Below, in pieces: positions 18,338 through 24,287 of a stretch of DNA of 24,287 nucleotides. The translations under genes and the position numbers were made by a program. The stretch comes from Armatimonadota bacterium (lineage in GTDB: Bacteria > Armatimonadota > UBA5829 > DTLH01). The DNA is taken from contig JBBRAE010000036.1 of NCBI GenBank assembly GCA_038207085.1, positions 1 through 24,287 on the forward strand, read 5' to 3'. The stretch's first letter is position 1. The number at the start of each line of letters is the position of its first letter. Under the pieces are notes generated by a model that was not told the origin of the DNA, ran no database searches, and was given only the letters and a program-made list of their open reading frames with translations.

Positions 18338-19657
18338 TCAGGGTTTGACCTTGGTTCGCCCAACTCCGATGTAGGTAAACCCAAGTTTCGCGGCCTTGAC
18401 GGGGTCAAAGATGTTTCGCAGGTCGATCAAGAGCGGCGTCTTCATCCTGCTTTTCAGCTCGCATAGGTCCAGATCAAGATACTGCTTCCACTCGGTCATA
18501 AGTACCAGCACGTCGGCGCCATCGGCGACCGATCTCGGGTCCGACACCATCTCAACCTCGGGCAAAAGCGCCGACGCGATCTCCATAGCTTCAGGATCGT
18601 GAGCTCTCACTCTCGCGCCGTTCTCGATCAGCCTCGGCAGAATGCTAAGAGCCGCTGAATCGCGCATGTCGTCGGTTTCAGGCTTAAATGCAAGCCCCAG
18701 CACCCCGATGGTCTTGCCGCACTCCGAACCGTCGAGCGCCTTTCTGATCTTGTGGACCATCCTCGCCTTTTGAGCGTCGTTGACCTCAACAGCCGACTCC
18801 ATAATCCGAAGGCTTGCGCCGTGCTCCTGAGCGATGCGTAGCAGCGCTTTGCAGTCCTTGGGGAAGCACGAACCGCCGTAACCGGGGCCTGGCTTCAGAA
18901 ACGCGGTCCCGATGCGGCCGTCGAGCCCGATTCCCCGGGCAACGTCGAGCACGTCAGCTCCAACAGACTCACAAAGGTTCGCGATCTCATTAACAAACGA
19001 AATCTTAAGGGCAAGAAAGGCGTTGGAAGTATACTTGATGAGCTCAGCGCTCTCCAGGCTCGTCACAAGAAGCGGCCTGCCGGAAAGACACAGCGGGTCA
19101 TAGATTCGTCGCATCGTCTCTGCTGCCTTGTCTGAGTCAGCGCCGACCACCACCCTGTCTGGGTTCAGAAAGTCGCTGATCGCGGCCCCTTCCCTCAAAA
19201 ACTCGGGGTTTGAGACCACATCGAACTCAGCCCTCGGGTTGACTGCCTGAATCGTTCTAGCGACCTGCCTCGCCGTGCCGACGGGAACGGTGCTCTTGTC
19301 GACAACCACGGTATACTCGTTCAGGTAAGGAGCGATATCGGTCGCAGCAGCATAGACGTAGGACAAATCAGCGTAGCCGTCGCCTCGTCTTGAAGAAGGG
19401 GTGCCGACCGCGATAAAGACGGCGTCAGCCTCCTGAACGGGCCCAGCACAGTCCGTCGTAAACTTCAGCCGGCCCTCCACGCTGTTCTTCATAACCAACT
19501 CGGAAAGCCCCGGCTCATAGATCGGTGTCTGCCCGTTACGCAGAGCCGCGATTTTCTGTTCGTCGGTGTCAACACAGGTCACGCTGTGCCCAAGCTCAGC
19601 AAAACACGCGCCCGATACCAGCCCGACGTAACCCGCTCCTATCAAAACCAGTTTCAA
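18338..19657 (-). CDS. ugd: UDP-glucose 6-dehydrogenase
   Basis: GAGYVG, PIYEPGL, FIAVGTP, KSTVPVGT, SNPEFLREG, GYGGSCFPKD (catalytic Cys), GLAFKPETDDMR. TTG start with GAAGGAG RBS. Confidence 0.95.
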   Translation of the reverse strand: MKLVLIGAGYVGLVSGACFAELGHSVTCVDTDEQKIAALRNGQTPIYEPGLSELVMKNSVEGRLKFTTDCAGPVQEADAVFIAVGTPSSRRGDGYADLSYVYAAATDIAPYLNEYTVVVDKSTVPVGTARQVARTIQAVNPRAEFDVVSNPEFLREGAAISDFLNPDRVVVGADSDKAAETMRRIYDPLCLSGRPLLVTSLESAELIKYTSNAFLALKISFVNEIANLCESVGADVLDVARGIGLDGRIGTAFLKPGPGYGGSCFPKDCKALLRIAQEHGASLRIMESAVEVNDAQKARMVHKIRKALDGSECGKTIGVLGLAFKPETDDMRDSAALSILPRLIENGARVRAHDPEAMEIASALLPEVEMVSDPRSVADGADVLVLMTEWKQYLDLDLCELKSRMKTPLLIDLRNIFDPVKAAKLGFTYIGVGRTKVKP

Positions 19658-19763
19658 AGTATTCTCCTTCGCAAATGGCGTCTCTTGCCATTTACGTTCT
19701 CATCGTGACGAGGCCCTTGGCGACAGCAGTATATAATACTGCGAAAGGCATCAGGCACGATTC

Positions 19764-21032
19764 CTAACGCAATCGCTTTTTGCCTGATTTGGCATCAATC
19801 AAAGAACCGAAAAGCTCAAGCAGACTATCAACGTGGTTTTCAATGCTGAATTCTGTTTCGGCGCGGAGCCTCGCATTCCTCCCCATCGACTCCACAAGCG
19901 CCGCATCCCCCGACAGCCGGTCCATCGCCTGAGCAAGCTCACTGGCGTTTCCGGCCTCCACAAGCGCCCCGACATCCTTGGTAACCTGCTCGCACAGCCC
20001 GCCAAGAGCCGACGCGATCACCGGCTTGCCCGCGGCAAACGATTCATACACGACATTTGGAGCGTTGTCGTGCCAAAGCGAGGGCACTACAACATATTTC
20101 GCCCCGCCAACAATCTGCTGCAACTCTTCACCCCATTTGCCACCAACGAACTTGACGCGGCCCTTCAAGTCATCGGTGACAAGCGAGTGAAGATAAGACA
20201 CATATTCATCCGGCCCGTCACCTACAATCACGAGCGGATCGCGCCCTGCGCTCTGTCGATAGGCCTCAAGCAGGAACTCAATGCCCTTCTCGGGCATAAG
20301 TCTGCCGAAATAGAGGATGTAACCGTCATTGTCATACCTCGGCTGCCACTTGGTCGAGTTCACAAACGTGGGGATATGGTGCAGTTTCTTCGGCGAGTAT
20401 CCGAAACGAACCAGGGCGTCACTCATAAACTTGGTCGTAGTGACGATCGCCCCCGGCTTTTCGTAGACCCTCCAAAAGTTGTGAGCATACATTCCCGCCA
20501 CCCGGACCACCGTCGCGGGCCTCGAACCGTGGACGCAGTTGTGGAACAATGCGCGGTAGAACCCGTTTTCGCAGTCCGTGCACACACCGCTCGCACGCCG
20601 GAACAGGTAGCTTGCGCACATCAGGTAGTAGTCCGACAACCGCAGGACGACCGGGACACGCTTTTCGTGCGCTGCATCGATGATGCTCGGGGACAGGTGG
20701 TTCACGATGTTCAGGCAGTAGATGAGGTCTGGCTTGGTATCGTCGATCAGCCGCTCAAGCGCGCGCTTTGCCTCGACGGAATAGACCGTCCGCCCCGCGA
20801 TCCTGAACTTGGTGCCCAGGCCGCCTTCGAGCTTATCAAGCTTGGTCTCGCCGCCACCGCCTGCGGGGTTAACGAAGTATTTCGCGTATTCCGAGGGCTC
20901 GTTTCGTGGGTACGCTACAGCGAACGGGATTACCTCGTGGCCAAGCGACCTGAGGTAATCCGACAGGCTGAAGAGATACCTCTCCGGCCCTCCATCGATG
21001 TAGTAGTATTTGTTGGCGATGACTATTCGCAT
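19764..21032 (-). CDS. Family 4 glycosyltransferase
   Basis: GGPERY, YFGRLMPEKG, PSLWHDNAPNVVYESFAAGKPVIASALGGLCE; Cys-rich insert (C..CTDC..C) common in this subgroup. Confidence 0.93.
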   Translation of the reverse strand: MRIVIANKYYYIDGGPERYLFSLSDYLRSLGHEVIPFAVAYPRNEPSEYAKYFVNPAGGGGETKLDKLEGGLGTKFRIAGRTVYSVEAKRALERLIDDTKPDLIYCLNIVNHLSPSIIDAAHEKRVPVVLRLSDYYLMCASYLFRRASGVCTDCENGFYRALFHNCVHGSRPATVVRVAGMYAHNFWRVYEKPGAIVTTTKFMSDALVRFGYSPKKLHHIPTFVNSTKWQPRYDNDGYILYFGRLMPEKGIEFLLEAYRQSAGRDPLVIVGDGPDEYVSYLHSLVTDDLKGRVKFVGGKWGEELQQIVGGAKYVVVPSLWHDNAPNVVYESFAAGKPVIASALGGLCEQVTKDVGALVEAGNASELAQAMDRLSGDAALVESMGRNARLRAETEFSIENHVDSLLELFGSLIDAKSGKKRLR

Positions 21033-21064
21033 TTTTCTGCAAAACCTATATGCCCAATACGGTG

Positions 21065-22003
21065 TTACTGAGGGTTGTCGATCATCCAGCGCACTATCAG
21101 TGCGAGTCCTTCTCTGAAGCTTACTGACGGCTCGTAGCCGAGCAGTCTCTTTGCCTTGTCGATATTTGCGAGCGTGTGCTTCACGTCTCCGGCGCGATCA
21201 TCTGAGAGTATGGGAGGGATGTCCGTCCCCAAGAGCTCATTCAGCCACGTAACGATGTCGGCAAGAGTGTATCTTGCACCGCAGGCGATATTGAACGCCT
21301 CACCGGCAGCTTCGCTTGGAGCGGTGCACGCCCGTAGGTTCGCATCTACGACGTTTTCAACGTAAGTAAAGTCGCGAGACTGCAGTCCGTCACCGAATAT
21401 CACGGGCTGACGGCCCTCTCTTAGCGCGGTTATGAACAGCGGGATCACGGTCGCGTACTGCGACTTCGGGTCCTGCCGTGGGCCAAAGACGTTGAAGTAC
21501 CGAAGCGACACCGTCTCGATGCCGTATAGACTAGTAAACGTGCGGCAGAAGTGTTCACCTGCGAGCTTGGTCACAGCGTAGGGTGACACCGGCACGGTGT
21601 ACATCGTCTCTTCTTTCGGAAGCTCGGGGCTGTTACCGTAGACGGATGAAGATGACGCTACTACCATCCGTTTGACCCCAGCGTCCCTGCTTGCAACAAG
21701 CAGATTCATCGTGCCCTTGATGTTAACATCGCAATACGGCAGAGGCGCCGCGACCGACACAGGCACAGACCGAAGCGCCGCCTGATGCAGCACATAGTCC
21801 ACACCTTCTACAGCCGACACGACGGTGTCCAGATCGACAATGTCGCCTTTCACCAGCTCGATTTTCGACAGGTTGTGCTCGATATGCTCCATCTTCCCAG
21901 TGAAGAAATTATCAAGCACCCGAACTTCCTGCCCATCAGCAACGAGCCTGTCCACGATGTGCGAGCCGATAAAGCCCGCGCCACCGGTGACTAGATACCT
22001 CAA
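21065..22003 (-). CDS. NAD-dependent epimerase, UDP-GlcNAc(A) 4-epimerase (WbpP/TviC-like)
   Basis: TGGAGFIGSH, HQAALRSVP, ASSSSVYG, SPYAVTK, RYFNVFGPRQDPKSQY, GDGLQSRDFTYV. Confidence 0.92.
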   Translation of the reverse strand: MRYLVTGGAGFIGSHIVDRLVADGQEVRVLDNFFTGKMEHIEHNLSKIELVKGDIVDLDTVVSAVEGVDYVLHQAALRSVPVSVAAPLPYCDVNIKGTMNLLVASRDAGVKRMVVASSSSVYGNSPELPKEETMYTVPVSPYAVTKLAGEHFCRTFTSLYGIETVSLRYFNVFGPRQDPKSQYATVIPLFITALREGRQPVIFGDGLQSRDFTYVENVVDANLRACTAPSEAAGEAFNIACGARYTLADIVTWLNELLGTDIPPILSDDRAGDVKHTLANIDKAKRLLGYEPSVSFREGLALIVRWMIDNPQ

Positions 22004-22863
22004 TACGCACCTCTACTTCCAGTCGCCACCCGTGCGGCGTAATCTTTGTAAATCTCTGAAGGGACCACAAACTCGACCCCCTTGCCCTTGAGCCAGCGGA
22101 GAAACGATCGCAGCTTCCTGTGATCACGGTCCATGCGTTGGGCTTCAACCCAAAGGAACCACACAGACTCGTCCCCGGACTCCCGAGCGATCTCTTCCCA
22201 AAGTGACCGAAGATACCGCAGGCTGTTTGGAGCAAGCATCAACCCATCCTCACCGCGGCAGTACTTGGTCATTCCAAGCGGCACGGAAAGAACGCGACTT
22301 GCGCCCTCGCATGTCACGTCATCTGGGTCCATATAGTAGGGTTTTCCAGGTGCAACTGTCCAGTCGCGCGTAGTAAACTTGGTGAACGCGCCGCAGTTGT
22401 CCAGGTTGACCAGAAGATCGTTTGCTTCGAGAGCTGGGACGAACCATTCGTTCATACCGAAGTAGCCGGTCGAGTGACAGGCAGGCTTCACACCGCAGTC
22501 CTCAAGCATCCCCACGTGGGATGAGATCACCCTCTCGATGTGCTTTCCGTAACCGTAGTACAGGCACGAACCGTCCGGCTCATCTTCATGCACGTGAAGG
22601 CCGATCTCTCCACCGCAAGCAGCGACATCGTTCCAAAGTGTCTTGTAGTCAGACGACGTAAAGAACGCGTCACCGTGCTCTCGACGCATAAACGGAGACG
22701 TATGCGCCAAAAACGCCGCCTTGCCGTTACACTCACATTGTATCACATCCGCCGCCAATTTGGCGCGCCGTAGAGTCTGTTGGTGCGAATATTGGCATCG
22801 ATGCGTAACGAACGGACTATAGCCTTCAAAGTCACACTCAACGGCGACAAGCAACTTTGCCAT
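22000..22863 (-). CDS. Hypothetical protein, divergent polysaccharide deacetylase-like (NodB/CE4 fold)
   Basis: ATG 22863 overlaps the upstream TGA (TGATG coupling). LVAVECDFEG, AAFLA and GGEIGLHVH resemble CE4 metal-binding motifs. Confidence 0.6.
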   Translation of the reverse strand: MAKLLVAVECDFEGYSPFVTHRCQYSHQQTLRRAKLAADVIQCECNGKAAFLAHTSPFMRREHGDAFFTSSDYKTLWNDVAACGGEIGLHVHEDEPDGSCLYYGYGKHIERVISSHVGMLEDCGVKPACHSTGYFGMNEWFVPALEANDLLVNLDNCGAFTKFTTRDWTVAPGKPYYMDPDDVTCEGASRVLSVPLGMTKYCRGEDGLMLAPNSLRYLRSLWEEIARESGDESVWFLWVEAQRMDRDHRKLRSFLRWLKGKGVEFVVPSEIYKDYAARVATGSRGAY

Positions 22864-24287
22864 CAGTCGACCTCCAGGGCGATTCGAGCCATCTGCCTGC
22901 ACTCGCCGCCAAACTGCCACCCAGCCTTGAGGGTAACGTCGCAGCGCAGCCGAGAGCCATCAGACAAGACATTCGTGACACCTAGCCCAGTGGTGCCTTC
23001 CATAAAACTCACAGTTAGTCTTGGACCGTCAGACAGCAACACGCGCGCGGCAGTTATAGTTCCGCCGATGCGGTCGGTCACCTCGACCGAGGCAATCTTA
23101 GAGTCAAAGTCGATCACTGGCATCCAAACCCGAACAATTCGGTGCTCGAAGTCGGCTGTCGAAAGTTTGAGCGAGTTCACAGAACCCTCGGACTGCGCGG
23201 CAAACTTAAGCAGTCCGCGTTCGCCGGACTCGAACATTTCGACGGCTTCGGTCTCCCCAATCTCAGGCGGGCATGACGGAGGAGGAAGCACCTGTTTCCG
23301 GCTCGCGATCTTCGCAACCCCAGCCGGGCCAAGAATGATCTTCACGTATTTCTTGATCAGCGGCTTAAATGGACGAAGCATCATCTTGACCGATGGTTTC
23401 GACTTTGCAGGCTTGGCAAGCTCCACCACGGCCCCTACCCTAACGCCCTGAACCGCTGGGGCCTCGGGGTACGTCTTCTTCTCAAGCCCAAACGACTCGC
23501 CCCGCATCCTCAGGAGCGCGCAGCCCGCATCGAGCATTCCCCAAGTCACCATCCCGGACTCGCCGCCCATAATGGTGATCTCTTGAAGAAGCTTCAGCGG
23601 GTGAGCCTCAGATATTCCACCCGTCGCGGGGTTCATCAGTCCCGCCGCACGCTTGAACGAAAACTCGGCAAGATTCTTCCAAAAGTCGTCCCCAGTGGCT
23701 GTAAATAGCCTCGAATAGAGCTCGCAGGCAAGCGCCGTGTTCCAAGGGGAGACGTGAGGGCTGAACGATTCCGACATCGGGTCGATCATACCGTACGGGT
23801 CCACCTTGTCCCCGCGCCACCAGTCGTGCCAGGTAAGGAGATAGCAGGCGAGAAGCTTCGCCGACTCCAAGTAAGCGGACTCGCCCGTTACTTCAAAGAG
23901 CTCGAGGTTCGCGCTCGCGAGCTGGATTCCCGACGTCGCGTCTGTCTCGAACTCGCTTGCATCACGGAGGTCGCCGTAGCCACGGAAGCCAAATAACGGC
24001 GGCTCGGGGTTCAGCACCTCTGCGGCCCGTTTGGCCGACCGCAGATACATCTCATCACCGAAGACTTTGTATGCCCAGATAAGCGCGCGGACAGCTTCGG
24101 CGGCCCCACCACAGGCTTTTGAGCTAGGGCCAGTCTTGGTCTTTTGAGCGCGCACGCTGAACTCGTCGAAAGTTGGCACAGTGAAGGGGAACGAGCCGTC
24201 GTCGTTCTGCACGGCAACAAGCCAGTTCGCCCCCTGCCGCAGCCGGTCAAGAATCGCCGCATTACCGGAAAGGTGCGAGTATTCAAG
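22863..24287 (-). CDS. (alpha/alpha)6-barrel-like protein (glycoside hydrolase / prenyltransferase-like repeats); 5' end beyond the window
   Basis: Frame stays open past GTG 24212 to the window edge (LEYSHLSGNAAILDRLRQGANWLVAVQNDDGSF). Helical repeats YKVFGDEMYLRSAKRAA, LFEVTGESAYLESAKLLA, LFTATGDDFWKNLA. Confidence 0.7.
   Translation of the reverse strand, partial: LEYSHLSGNAAILDRLRQGANWLVAVQNDDGSFPFTVPTFDEFSVRAQKTKTGPSSKACGGAAEAVRALIWAYKVFGDEMYLRSAKRAAEVLNPEPPLFGFRGYGDLRDASEFETDATSGIQLASANLELFEVTGESAYLESAKLLACYLLTWHDWWRGDKVDPYGMIDPMSESFSPHVSPWNTALACELYSRLFTATGDDFWKNLAEFSFKRAAGLMNPATGGISEAHPLKLLQEITIMGGESGMVTWGMLDAGCALLRMRGESFGLEKKTYPEAPAVQGVRVGAVVELAKPAKSKPSVKMMLRPFKPLIKKYVKIILGPAGVAKIASRKQVLPPPSCPPEIGETEAVEMFESGERGLLKFAAQSEGSVNSLKLSTADFEHRIVRVWMPVIDFDSKIASVEVTDRIGGTITAARVLLSDGPRLTVSFMEGTTGLGVTNVLSDGSRLRCDVTLKAGWQFGGECRQMARIALEVD

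Noticed and set aside
19833..21071. 412-aa plus-strand ORF
   Set aside because: Antisense shadow of the GT4 gene with no recognisable motifs.

Overview
A moderately GC-rich bacterial window, possibly Armatimonadota (inferred only from a secreted-protein domain style). Left to right it holds: the 5' part of a type IIA (Ca2+-type) P-type ATPase (minus strand, cut by the window edge); a frameshifted PP2C/SpoIIE remnant bracketed by two copies of a dispersed ~37-bp palindromic repeat; and a ~5.6-kb reading frame (2264-7852) for a secreted multicopper oxidase fused to FN3 domains, probable OB-fold-like domains and a C-terminal vanadium-haloperoxidase/PAP2 domain, interrupted by one in-frame TAG at 2912-2914. 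Next is a decay zone (7941-9458) with a group II intron RT fragment, an IS3 left-end fragment, a LacI-type pseudogene and a frameshifted surface-protein gene. It is followed by a collagen-like membrane protein, an lmo0937/DUF5670-type small protein, an orphan RND/ABC adaptor, an IS21-like miniature element, tRNA-Ser(TGA), a LOG-family protein and a GAF/PAS PP2C phosphatase. The window ends in the distal part of a minus-strand polysaccharide cluster (GT2, two SDR epimerases, ugd, GT4, a deacetylase-like protein and an (alpha/alpha)6-barrel-like protein). The most notable items are the oxidase-haloperoxidase fusion with its amber codon and the four-copy repeat whose central spacer is inverted in one copy. 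All family calls come from motif recognition by eye, not database searches.
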